Assembly (NCBI GenBank): GCA_038874215.1
Contig: JAVZCV010000010.1
Span: 1-36,359, forward strand
Source: Candidatus Micrarchaeia archaeon
GTDB lineage: Archaea > Micrarchaeota > Micrarchaeia > Burarchaeales > JAVZCV01
Direction of reading: 5' to 3'
DNA length: 36,359 bases
Shown here: positions 27,991 through 36,359 of the stretch, piece after piece
Numbering within the stretch: position 1 is the first letter of the stretch
Layout: each line of letters starts with the position of its first letter
Program-made: the position numbers and the translations under genes
Notes under the pieces: generated by a model
What the model was told of the DNA's origin: nothing
Database searches by the model: none
The model's input: only the letters and a program-made list of their open reading frames with translations

Positions 27991-28336
27991 TGTAGCTCCC
28001 CAGTAATTCCATTACTATTGTTTCAAGCCTTTTCTCATCTATTCTACGCAATCTGATGCTCTCTGCCTGCTCTTTTGCATCCTTCATTATAGCCGCTATT
28101 TCACTTTCTATATCCTTCTCTGCTTTCTTCAAAAAATCGTTTTTTAATACGACTGCTTCTTCTTTCGCACTTCCGATTATCTCGTGCGCCTTCCTCTGTG
28201 CTTCTGCTATTTTTCTCTCATATTCTCTTTTGGCATTCTCTACTATTTCCTCAGCCTGCTTCTCCGCCTCTTTCAAAGCTTCTATTTCGGATACGTTTCC
28301 ATCAACTTTACTTTCCCTCACAAAACCTACCTTCAC
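27983..28336 (-). CDS. atpH: A-type ATP synthase subunit H (G)
   Basis: Charged coiled coil (LKEAEKQAEEIVENAK) at the head of the operon. Start uncertain (28336 or 28321). Confidence 0.85.
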   Translation of the reverse strand: MKVGFVRESKVDGNVSEIEALKEAEKQAEEIVENAKREYERKIAEAQRKAHEIIGSAKEEAVVLKNDFLKKAEKDIESEIAAIMKDAKEQAESIRLRRIDEKRLETIVMELLGSYNV

Positions 28337-28399
28337 GAAAGTTTGAGCAGTGAAGAACTCGGTTGAGCAATTTTAAAGCATTAGCGCTATGTGGCGGAA

Positions 28400-28420
28400 C
28401 AGTAAATACTGAATTTACTG
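28400..28420. promoter_or_regulatory. Inverted repeat CAGTAAAT-N5-ATTTACTG, candidate operator upstream of the ATP synthase operon
   Basis: Perfect 8-bp arms, located just upstream of a minus-strand TTTAAAA box at 28371-28377. Confidence 0.45.
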
Positions 28421-28544
28421 GTATATACAAAAGACCTGCCATTGGATGAAAAATGCAATTACTGTATGAAAAAGAAAATATCTGCCAATAGAAGAAATTC
28501 TGAATGAAGATAAAAGATAATAGCAAAAGACCCGAGTTAGTAAT

Positions 28545-28916
28545 GTGGTACTTAAACTACCCCTCAGAGGCATTAAGCTTTATCTTCTAACGTCAATACT
28601 GCTAGCCCTGCTTCTGGTTCTGATAGCATTTGAAAATGATTTCACCAATAGAATGCTTCTCCTTGTACCTTCCATCCTTCTATACATTTCTTACATGGTA
28701 TTGTATGCCTACGAGTACGATATTTTTGTTAGGGAAAGTATGAATCTTAAAATTACGAAGAGAGAGGATAAAGAAAGGCCCAAGACGACCGCGATGTACA
28801 CAACCACCAATGAAAAAGAAAAAATCATAGCAATCAAAAACGTTGGCATTGGCAGAAACACGCGCGAAAGTGCCTCTAATTTTCTTAAAAGATTCGTGAC
28901 TGCCCAAAACATTTAG
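28545..28916 (+). CDS. Hypothetical two-TM membrane protein
   Basis: Two hydrophobic helices and a basic tail; fills the gap. Start uncertain. Confidence 0.5.
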   Translation: MVLKLPLRGIKLYLLTSILLALLLVLIAFENDFTNRMLLLVPSILLYISYMVLYAYEYDIFVRESMNLKITKREDKERPKTTAMYTTTNEKEKIIAIKNVGIGRNTRESASNFLKRFVTAQNI

Positions 28917-28935
28917 TTTCTCTGGAAGGAGCGGT

Positions 28936-29496
28936 TCATTCCCTATTAACCGAGTCTAGCTCCCTTATCTTTGATGTTTTGAATTTGCTCTCATTCAATT
29001 TCTCTTTAACCTGGATCCACTTGCACCCTGTTTCAAAAGGTTCCTGATCATATCCAAAAACGACAAGCGAAGGCTCCACCTTTCTAATAACACGTAGACG
29101 GTCGTGCGGATCCCCTATGAGCACTACATCCACCGGTTTAAGGGCGCCAACCATACGTGCTCTCCAAAAGTGCGAGTGAATGGGCTTTTTCTTCTTCCTT
29201 TTTTTTACTGTTTTGTCATGAGCTACGATAACAACGAGCAAATCGCCCATCTTCTTACACTTTTCCAGCATGTATAGGTGTCCGGGGTGGAGTATATCAA
29301 AAACGCCCCCAGTCATTATTACTCTAACCATCTTCTTTGCCTTATCCGTAAGCCTATATCCCCCCCGCGTTTTTTTTAGAAGCTTTTTATTCAAAAGCGC
29401 TGTAGCATACTCAAAACTCTTGGGCATTCCCCCCTTCATTATTTCAAGTGCCCGCGCCCTAACAAGCGCTTCCTTTATTTTCACTTTCACCACCAA
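28936..29496 (-). CDS. ribL: FAD synthase-like cytidylyltransferase-family protein with an N-terminal extension
   Basis: GGVFDILHPGH (HxGH), LVVIVAHD, ALKPVD, FGYDQ and KTSKI. Start may be 29484-29496. Confidence 0.78.
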   Translation of the reverse strand: MVVKVKIKEALVRARALEIMKGGMPKSFEYATALLNKKLLKKTRGGYRLTDKAKKMVRVIMTGGVFDILHPGHLYMLEKCKKMGDLLVVIVAHDKTVKKRKKKKPIHSHFWRARMVGALKPVDVVLIGDPHDRLRVIRKVEPSLVVFGYDQEPFETGCKWIQVKEKLNESKFKTSKIRELDSVNRE

Positions 29497-30853
29497 GCCT
29501 TTTAAGGAGCAGCCTATTTACAACTTCTGGCGCTGCCCTTCCTCTCGTTTTTTTCATCACTTTACCTGCAAGAAAGTGCAGCGCCTTTTCTTCCCCCCCT
29601 CTGTAATCCTCAACTGCCTTCATATTCTCACGAACAATTTCATCAACTATGCTTTCTATCAACTTTTCATCATCTATCCTTCCCATACTTTGTGCTAGTT
29701 CATAGGGTTCTGCGCCAGAGTCAAGCATTTTGATCAGTATCTCCTGTGCGCTCTTATCCGTTATCTTTTTATCGTAGAAAAGGCGCAAGAGTTTCTCAAT
29801 TGATTCTATCTTCAACCTGCTTTCCCTAAAAGTTATGCCACGATAGTTCAGCTGTTTTTTCAAGGGACCTACAAACCATGTTGCGCAGAATTTCGCATCC
29901 ATCTTCCGCGCAAGAATCTCAAACGCGTCCGCAATCTCCCTCTCAGAAACAAGAACCCATGCAATGTTCTGTGGTATCCCGTATTGCGCTACAAACCTGC
30001 TTGCCTTCGCCCTTGGTAGCTCAGGAAGCGTGCCCACAAGTTCCTTTACGAGCCTGCTTTCTATTTTAAGAGGCGGCAAATCTGGGTCTGGTATGTATCT
30101 ATAATCCTCCTCGGTCTCCTTCTTTCTCAGCGAAACCGTTATTCCCTGTGCCTCATCAAAATGTCTCGTCTCTCTTATGACAGTCTGCCCCCGCATAACG
30201 TGCGATTTCTGCCTTACGATTTCATATTTAAGCGCAGTATAGACGCCTTTATAGGAATTTATGTTCTTTATCTCAACTCTGTTTCCTCCCCCCATGCTTA
30301 TGTTTGCGTCTATCCTCATGCTGCCAGGTTCATCACGTGTTGCATCAAGATACTGCGTTATTGCCTGTAGCTCATCAAGAAACATCCTTGCCTCCTCAGG
30401 GGTTTTAAAGTCGGGCTCTGTTACTATCTCAACAAGAGGCACACCCGAACGATTAAAATCAACAAGCCCTTTCCGCAGTTCATACCGCCCAGGATCTTCT
30501 TCTATGTGAAGCTCCCTTATTCTTATATCCCCAAGCTTTCCACCAATTGCTATTGGTTTTGATGTTCGCTGGTATCCAGAGGGTAGGTCTGGATAAAAAT
30601 AGTGTTTTCTTTGTATCACCGCGCTCTCATTTATCTTACAGTTAAGTGCCAGCGCAAGCCTTATGAGGTTCGTAAGTGGAACCCTGTTCATCGGCATCGG
30701 CTTTGCTCCTGGCAGGGATATGCATATTGGGCAGACGTTCGTGTTCGGCTCAGCATCCCTATACTTTGCTGGGCAACGGCAGAACAATTTTCCTTCTGAT
30801 TTCAGCTGAACGTGGATCTCAAGCCCTATCATTATTTCATGGCCTTTTTGCAT
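29459..30853 (-). CDS. gatB: Asp/Glu-tRNA amidotransferase subunit B
   Basis: IGLEIHVQL, RKHYFYPDLP, HIEEDPG, DFNRSGVPLVEIVTEPD and DYRYIPDPDLPP. Confidence 0.97.
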   Translation of the reverse strand: MQKGHEIMIGLEIHVQLKSEGKLFCRCPAKYRDAEPNTNVCPICISLPGAKPMPMNRVPLTNLIRLALALNCKINESAVIQRKHYFYPDLPSGYQRTSKPIAIGGKLGDIRIRELHIEEDPGRYELRKGLVDFNRSGVPLVEIVTEPDFKTPEEARMFLDELQAITQYLDATRDEPGSMRIDANISMGGGNRVEIKNINSYKGVYTALKYEIVRQKSHVMRGQTVIRETRHFDEAQGITVSLRKKETEEDYRYIPDPDLPPLKIESRLVKELVGTLPELPRAKASRFVAQYGIPQNIAWVLVSEREIADAFEILARKMDAKFCATWFVGPLKKQLNYRGITFRESRLKIESIEKLLRLFYDKKITDKSAQEILIKMLDSGAEPYELAQSMGRIDDEKLIESIVDEIVRENMKAVEDYRGGEEKALHFLAGKVMKKTRGRAAPEVVNRLLLKRLGGESENKGSAC

Positions 30854-30865
30854 GCTCTTCTCCCC

Positions 30866-32236
30866 TCACAATCTTCCTCCTATATCCTCAAACTCCTGCA
30901 TTAAGTCAAGCACGAAGTAGTCTTCACGTTTCTTTGCATGGAACTGTATACCAACAGGAAGCGAACCGATTTTCCCGCATGGCATAACCCCTGCGGGCAC
31001 ACCAACGATGTTTGCGATTACCGTGAGCATATCTGAAAGATACATTTCAATAGGGTTATCGCTCTTTTCGCCTATTTTCCATGCAACGCACGGCATAGCA
31101 GGACCAACTATGATATCGCATTTTGAAAATGCTTCCCCAAACTCTCTTTGCAACAAGCCCCTTGCGCGCAACGTTTTCGTATACCATGCATCCCTATACT
31201 CCTTCATCGTTATGTATGTCCCGAGCATTATCCTGCGCTTTACCTCAACTCCGAACGCCGAATCACGAACAGCGCTAACTGCATCAACAAGAGATTGGAA
31301 AACATCAGCGGGCAATCCATATCTCATCCCATCGTATCTCTGCATCGCAGACGAGAATTCAGCAAACATGAGCAAGTAGTATATGGGCACAGAGTAGCGT
31401 GCATGCGGAATTGATATATTCATTATCTTAGCACCATGTGATTCAAGAAGGCCTATCCCATCCCTAACTCTTTCTGAAACCTTTTCGTCACAACCCTCAA
31501 AAAATTCCCTAGGAACCCCAACTTTCAAGCCTTTCAATCCATTCCACTCCCTTTTCATGCATCCCCTACCTAACGTAGTCGCATCTCTATCATCCCTGCC
31601 CTCTATAACGCTGAACAAGATTCGGAGAGTTTTCACATTTTTGGCGAGCGGACCTATCTGGTCAAGCGACATACCCATATCTATTAGACCATAACGCGAT
31701 ACAGCGCCGTACGTTGGTTTGAAACCTGGGACTCCGCAGAAAGATGCAGGACAGCGTATAGACCCACCAGTATCACTTCCAAGAGATGCGTCAACAAAAC
31801 CCGCTGCAACAGCCGCAGCGCTTCCACCAGAAGAGCCACCGGGCACACGCTCCAAATCGTGCGGGTTGCGTGTAATATGGAATGCGCTTTTTGTCGTGTC
31901 GGAACCGCATGCAAACTCGTCCATGTTGCATGTCCCTATTATCACTCCATCCTCTTTCAATATGCGTTCCACAACAGTAGCGCTATATGGTGCGACATAA
32001 TTCTCAAGCATTTTTGATGCGCATGTTGCACGTTTGCCCGCTATGCATATATTGTTCTTTATACCGATAACAAGCCCCGCCAACTTTCCTGCTCTTCCCT
32101 CTAAAATTTTCTTCTCAACAATCTGCGCATCCCTAAGCGCATCATCTACAAAAACATCTATAAATGCGCCGATTTTCGGTTCTTCAACTCTTATCCTCTC
32201 AGCCTTTCTTTCAACATTTTTAACTATGTTCATCAC
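30866..32236 (-). CDS. gatA: Asp/Glu-tRNA amidotransferase subunit A
   Basis: Amidase signature GGSSGGS...GSDTGGSIRCPA, plus RYDG.RYG and EVKRRIMLGT. Confidence 0.97.
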   Translation of the reverse strand: MMNIVKNVERKAERIRVEEPKIGAFIDVFVDDALRDAQIVEKKILEGRAGKLAGLVIGIKNNICIAGKRATCASKMLENYVAPYSATVVERILKEDGVIIGTCNMDEFACGSDTTKSAFHITRNPHDLERVPGGSSGGSAAAVAAGFVDASLGSDTGGSIRCPASFCGVPGFKPTYGAVSRYGLIDMGMSLDQIGPLAKNVKTLRILFSVIEGRDDRDATTLGRGCMKREWNGLKGLKVGVPREFFEGCDEKVSERVRDGIGLLESHGAKIMNISIPHARYSVPIYYLLMFAEFSSAMQRYDGMRYGLPADVFQSLVDAVSAVRDSAFGVEVKRRIMLGTYITMKEYRDAWYTKTLRARGLLQREFGEAFSKCDIIVGPAMPCVAWKIGEKSDNPIEMYLSDMLTVIANIVGVPAGVMPCGKIGSLPVGIQFHAKKREDYFVLDLMQEFEDIGGRL

Positions 32237-32240
32237 ACCA

Positions 32241-32516
32241 CTATTCTAAGGATTTTGGAGCAAGGAGATATCCATCCCTGCTTCTATTGAAAAGTTTTCT
32301 TATATCGTTAGCATCTGTTTTTGACACTGAATCCTCCCTTAACTCATGCGCCACATCAACGACATAATAGGTTTCATCCCCGCCTTCTATCTCGCCTATT
32401 TTCTTGAAATGTCCGAGTATAACGCCAAAGTCCTCCTTCATTTTCAAAATCTCATCATCGTTGAGTTTCAGCCTTGCAATCTCGGCTACGTTTCTAAGCG
32501 TTTTCTCATCAATCAT
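32241..32516 (-). CDS. gatC: Asp/Glu-tRNA amidotransferase subunit C
   Basis: MIDEKTLRNVAEIARLKL, LRED and GYLLAPK. Start at ATG 32516. Confidence 0.9.
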   Translation of the reverse strand: MIDEKTLRNVAEIARLKLNDDEILKMKEDFGVILGHFKKIGEIEGGDETYYVVDVAHELREDSVSKTDANDIRKLFNRSRDGYLLAPKSLE

Positions 32517-33810
32517 GCAACCACCATGCATTCCCTGTAAAATAATCAAAAAAAACATTAAATACCAAACTCGGGTCGGAAATGAATTCCGCATTTCTGA
32601 GCATTCGCCTTATGTTCTCAGGAACACCAAATTTCTCCGCATCCTCCATCATATAGCGTAGAAGGTCCTCTGCCTTCGTATACTTTCTTCTTTCAATCGC
32701 ATGCAACCTATCCCCCTCTATAAAAACCGTCTTGTGCACCTTAACAAAATCCTCAGCGTTGTTCGTAAGATAGAAAAACGGGCCCCTGATACGCAGATAT
32801 GGTGAAAGTTCTCTCACCTCAAATTCAAACAATAGATAGCACCTATCTTTTTCCGCGTCAACGGCAAAAGAATGGCCAATAAGTTTGAAAGAGCTATCCT
32901 CAGCATGGGCTGCAATCTTCTCGGCGGTTTTTCTGAGTTGCGGATAAAGAACGTCGTCTATCAACTTTGGCTTTTTAAACGCTATGCAGATACAGTTTTT
33001 AATACGCTCAAATGCCTCTCTCCTCTGCCTATTTGAGAATCTTCTCTTGGGGAAAAAGAAATTCTCGCTCGGCTTCTTAATAAATGCTCTCGCAGCCGTT
33101 ACAAATTTTGCAAGACTTGTTTTTGAGACTACTGCCGCCGCATTCCTATTTGTATCAACAGGGTCTATAATGGTAATGGGGGCATTGAAGAGAGAGCCTT
33201 TCCCCGTCAAATCTACGAATACGGGTTCTCTCCAACCAGCGGCCTCCGAAATGACGGAACTGAACGTTTTATACTTCACTATCAGCAACTCGCATACATA
33301 GCCCGAGAAGCCTTCAACAGCAAGCTCGGCACCATAAACCCCTATCCCTTTCATGAATTGCTTCAGCAGCCTGACATCATCCTTCTGTTTCTCAGAAAGG
33401 CTCTCCTTTATATACCGCAGATGAAGCTGCGATCTATCAACAGACGATGCCATCTCGTCTATTCTTTTTATCTTATAACAAGGAACTACGTCAAACTTTA
33501 CCCCGCCGAAAAACGTGCGCAGGTAGGGATGCTCTGCATACGCAGAAATCCATTTATAGCCTTTGATCTCCCGTATTTTTGCGAGTATTGATTCTAAACC
33601 AACGTTCTTATCAACCATTACAAATACATCTATATCCCTCTCGTTTTTTAGGTTCGTTCCCTTCGCAAATGAACCCAGCGGCGCAACCTCTGCATTTGGC
33701 ACTACCCTCCTAATATCCTGTATAAGCTTTTCCAGAAGCATGCCATCTCTTTTTATATCGGCATCGGTAGGCTTTATCTTTTCAAGAACACGAGAAAATA
33801 ACTTTCGCAT
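32509..33810 (-). CDS. cca: Archaeal (class I) CCA-adding enzyme
   Basis: GSFAKGTNL...DIDVF, YAEHPY, DVVPCY, VDRS..H, GFSGY.CELL and DPVD..RN.AA. Confidence 0.96.
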   Translation of the reverse strand: MRKLFSRVLEKIKPTDADIKRDGMLLEKLIQDIRRVVPNAEVAPLGSFAKGTNLKNERDIDVFVMVDKNVGLESILAKIREIKGYKWISAYAEHPYLRTFFGGVKFDVVPCYKIKRIDEMASSVDRSQLHLRYIKESLSEKQKDDVRLLKQFMKGIGVYGAELAVEGFSGYVCELLIVKYKTFSSVISEAAGWREPVFVDLTGKGSLFNAPITIIDPVDTNRNAAAVVSKTSLAKFVTAARAFIKKPSENFFFPKRRFSNRQRREAFERIKNCICIAFKKPKLIDDVLYPQLRKTAEKIAAHAEDSSFKLIGHSFAVDAEKDRCYLLFEFEVRELSPYLRIRGPFFYLTNNAEDFVKVHKTVFIEGDRLHAIERRKYTKAEDLLRYMMEDAEKFGVPENIRRMLRNAEFISDPSLVFNVFFDYFTGNAWWLHD

Positions 33811-33852
33811 GGGAATATTTTCATATGCAAGGTTTAATAGACTTGGCGGCGC

Positions 33853-34356
33853 CTAGCGTGAGGCTGCTATGTTTTCATATATTGGTCCAGCAGGAGTTAG
33901 CGTGCTCTTCTTAAGAAATACTTTTTTTATCTGTGTTTCTCCAAAAAAATCTCTCTCATGCCTTTTCACAAAATCGCTCACGTTAACTTTCTGCTTTACC
34001 CGCCCTATCGTTATATGCGGATGAAAGCGGTCGTCCCTTACATGGAGATACTTGCATATTTCTTCGTGCAACGAGTGAAGCTCGACTGCCTCAACACCAG
34101 CCCAGACAACACGTGGAAAAGAAGGCTTTGGGAATGCACCAACACCAGCGCAAATCATCCTAAAATCTACGGAAATTGATGAGACGAAACCAGAAATCTC
34201 CCTAACTTTATCATCATCAACCTCCCCAAGGAAGAGAAGCGTAACGTGCATGTTCTCCTTCTCAACAGGCCTAACCCCTTTCGGCAAATCCTTTTGGAGC
34301 AATTCTAGTTTATCGGTTATTTCACTATCGGGCTCAACTGCTATAAAACAGCGCAT
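33853..34356 (-). CDS. thpR: RNA 2',3'-cyclic phosphodiesterase (2H family)
   Basis: MRCFIAV, HVTL and HITI 2H motifs, PRVVW and STLTPAGPIY; adjacent to cca. Confidence 0.95.
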   Translation of the reverse strand: MRCFIAVEPDSEITDKLELLQKDLPKGVRPVEKENMHVTLLFLGEVDDDKVREISGFVSSISVDFRMICAGVGAFPKPSFPRVVWAGVEAVELHSLHEEICKYLHVRDDRFHPHITIGRVKQKVNVSDFVKRHERDFFGETQIKKVFLKKSTLTPAGPIYENIAASR

Positions 34357-34374
34357 GTTTCTTTTTATGTCATA

Positions 34375-34383
34375 TTTATTAAA
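34375..34383. promoter_or_regulatory. Bidirectional TATA-like element TTTATTAAA
   Basis: Centred about 23-25 nt from ATG 34356 (-) and ATG 34404 (+). Confidence 0.55.
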
Positions 34384-34403
34384 AAAACATACATATCCTT
34401 GTT

Positions 34404-35249
34404 ATGCACCGATCATCAAGGGCTCAGGCAAGCGTAGAGAACCTGCTCATTCTGCTATTCGCTTTAATACTGCTTGCATCGGCAAGCTATCTCGCATATG
34501 TGCAGTATGAAAAACTCACCAGCGAATTCGCCCTATACCAGTCAAAGCAGGATATAGTAAAAATAATAGAAAATGCGGATAGGGTTTGGGGAATGGGTTG
34601 TCCATCAAAGCTGCGGATAGACATATTCATACCGCCCCGTGTCAATGGTATAACGATAGATGGCAACGAGGTTATATTCAAGGTTGATACGATTTCTGGC
34701 ATAAATAGTATTGTGGGAAGCACAAACACCGAAATATCTGGCGATATCTCAATGTGCAAGAACTTTGGCATATGCACCATCACAATAGCGGCAGAAGAAG
34801 ACTATGTCCTGATAGCACAAAATGACGTGAATATCAACTGCACAGGAAGGGCAACAAGATGTAGCGGTACTGGTTGCGCAAACGTTGAGCTTTACATAGA
34901 GCCGAACGACCATTGTTCCTACCCCATAGCATTCGCGCCCGGGGAGACAATCCATGCCAAGCTGCGTGTGAAAAACAATTGCCCATGGAGCATAATAATA
35001 GACCCTGATATAACGCACTCCGAAAGCGGGTCAGCGAAAATAACACCTCTGGAATCCGCGCCAGATTTCGCAACATTAGAGCCAAACGGCACATACACTT
35101 TCGTATGGAAATACAAATCGGAGAGTTCAGGCGGGGATATCCGGTTCCATGCAACCGCAACAATAACAAACGACGGAAACACTACGAACATGGGTCTTTG
35201 CAGCACAAAAACTGCCCCAATATGCGATGTTTCATGCAGCGACTGCTAG
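34404..35249 (+). CDS. Class III signal-peptide (type IV pilin-like) protein with a Cys-rich C-terminal domain
   Basis: RA|QASVE followed by a hydrophobic helix; pilin-like beta region; 12 Cys; N-glycosylation sequons. Confidence 0.8.
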   Translation: MHRSSRAQASVENLLILLFALILLASASYLAYVQYEKLTSEFALYQSKQDIVKIIENADRVWGMGCPSKLRIDIFIPPRVNGITIDGNEVIFKVDTISGINSIVGSTNTEISGDISMCKNFGICTITIAAEEDYVLIAQNDVNINCTGRATRCSGTGCANVELYIEPNDHCSYPIAFAPGETIHAKLRVKNNCPWSIIIDPDITHSESGSAKITPLESAPDFATLEPNGTYTFVWKYKSESSGGDIRFHATATITNDGNTTNMGLCSTKTAPICDVSCSDC

Positions 35250-35286
35250 CGGTAGTTTTTTATTGATGGTTTGCGAACCTATTTGC

Positions 35287-36102
35287 ATGAGATTACAACT
35301 TATACTCCTCATAACCCTTCTACTGCTGCCCCTGTCCCATACCGCAACCGTGAAGGTTATTAAACCCGCTGAGAAGGAAATGGAAGGCGGCGAGATAGAG
35401 CTTGGATTGGTAGGACCAGGTCAGACGATAGAGCTTGAGGTTGACAGGAATGTCTATTCAGGAGGGAAATTTGGCAAAGGTGGGCAGTGGGACATCCTTC
35501 GCGTACTGTCTGTTCCTGATGGTTGGAGTTCTGAAGACAGCAGGATATACGAGCAACCGATGAAGGCGAAGATAAAGGTAGCAAGAGGCGCACGGGACGG
35601 TACCTACCGCATAGCACTCGTTGCCGTTGACGAAAACAACTATGATGAGCTTGGCAATGTGAGTTTTTTTGCCAATGTTACGGTAAGTAAGGATGTTCTC
35701 TCAACCGTTCTTGATAAAAACATGATTGAAACAGGTTCATCGCAACCAGCTTCGTATTGCATGGATATAGAGAACAGGGGTGCGGCGAGCGATGTTTTTG
35801 AGATATCCTGCTTTGGAGTCCCATCGTGGAACTACGCAAAAAAGGTCTTTGTTCCCTTCATGTCAAAAAGGAAGGTCTGCTATGATGTGGTCGCAAACGA
35901 GGAAAAGGTTTATACAGCCACCTTAAGCATCGTATCGCTTTCAAGCCCTCTTATAAGGAATGACCACAACATAACAACGGTAGTGAAAAGCGACGTACTA
36001 GGTGATTACCGTGCGTGCGCAAACGGGTTGCTTATTTTTCCTTTAATGGAACAACCAATTTACTCGTTAATGGGGCTTTTGTCCAACTTTTTTGGTGGTT
36101 AA
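35287..36102 (+). CDS. Secreted/surface hypothetical protein, beta-rich (Ig-like), with a hydrophobic C-terminal tail
   Basis: Sec signal MRLQLILLITLLLLPLSHT from ATG 35287; sequons NVS, NVT and NIT. Confidence 0.75.
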   Translation: MRLQLILLITLLLLPLSHTATVKVIKPAEKEMEGGEIELGLVGPGQTIELEVDRNVYSGGKFGKGGQWDILRVLSVPDGWSSEDSRIYEQPMKAKIKVARGARDGTYRIALVAVDENNYDELGNVSFFANVTVSKDVLSTVLDKNMIETGSSQPASYCMDIENRGAASDVFEISCFGVPSWNYAKKVFVPFMSKRKVCYDVVANEEKVYTATLSIVSLSSPLIRNDHNITTVVKSDVLGDYRACANGLLIFPLMEQPIYSLMGLLSNFFGG

Positions 36103-36359
36103 GTGCGCGATAAGGCGGCTGAAGAGGCGGCCGCAAGGATAGCATGCGGAGAGGATATACACCTGGTAAAGCGAGAGATAAGCAGCAAGTATGGCATAAA
36201 TCCGCTCCGCAACTCCGAGATACTGGCATTTGCTGGGGACCATAGGGTGAAGCTGATAAACAAAACCAGGCTAAGGCCGACAAGAACGCTTTCGGGGGTT
36301 GCACCCATAGCAGTTATGAGCAGAAGCTCATGCCCACATGGCTCATGTTCATACTGCCC
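36103..36359 (+). CDS. elp3: Elp3 tRNA U34 acetyltransferase (radical SAM), N-terminal part; runs off the window edge
   Basis: Not in the ORF track. From GTG 36103: ...RNSEIL...RPTRTLSGVAPIAVMSRSSCPHGSCSYC, the Elp3 signature with its Cys cluster motif. Confidence 0.92.
   Translation, partial: MRDKAAEEAAARIACGEDIHLVKREISSKYGINPLRNSEILAFAGDHRVKLINKTRLRPTRTLSGVAPIAVMSRSSCPHGSCSYC

Noticed and set aside
1..36359. tRNA/rRNA genes, CRISPR arrays, IS elements, prophage genes
   Set aside because: Intergenic gaps are short and AT-rich. I saw no cloverleaf, repeat-spacer pattern, transposase or integrase by eye; a covariance-model scan would be needed to exclude small ncRNAs.

Overview
Gene-dense archaeal chromosomal segment; a DPANN/Micrarchaeota-like origin is my inference from gene content and style and is not proven. 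Housekeeping genes: rpoL (partial), csl4, PCNA, dph6, a complete A-type ATP synthase operon (H-I-K-E-C-F-A-B-D), ribL, gatCAB, CCA-adding enzyme, thpR and elp3 (partial). Accessory blocks: (i) fhs divergent from a LarA-family gene and a TrmB regulator; (ii) a membrane-anchored OB-fold protein, an orphan TctA/DUF112 permease and a surface protein; (iii) a Thr-rich membrane peptide, CPBP protease and GT2; (iv) a SAM by-product salvage cluster (deaminase, SAH hydrolase, 6-oxopurine-type phosphorylase, MtnA, class II aldolase) wrapped around an unexplained APH-fold kinase / APS-kinase-like / IMPase operon; (v) GT4 and a methyltransferase; (vi) a Cys-rich class III signal-peptide pilin-like protein and a secreted protein. 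Divergent gene pairs repeatedly share one centred, near-palindromic TATA element about 25 nt from both start codons. I saw no tRNA, rRNA, CRISPR array, IS element or intein. All calls come from motif reading, without database searches.
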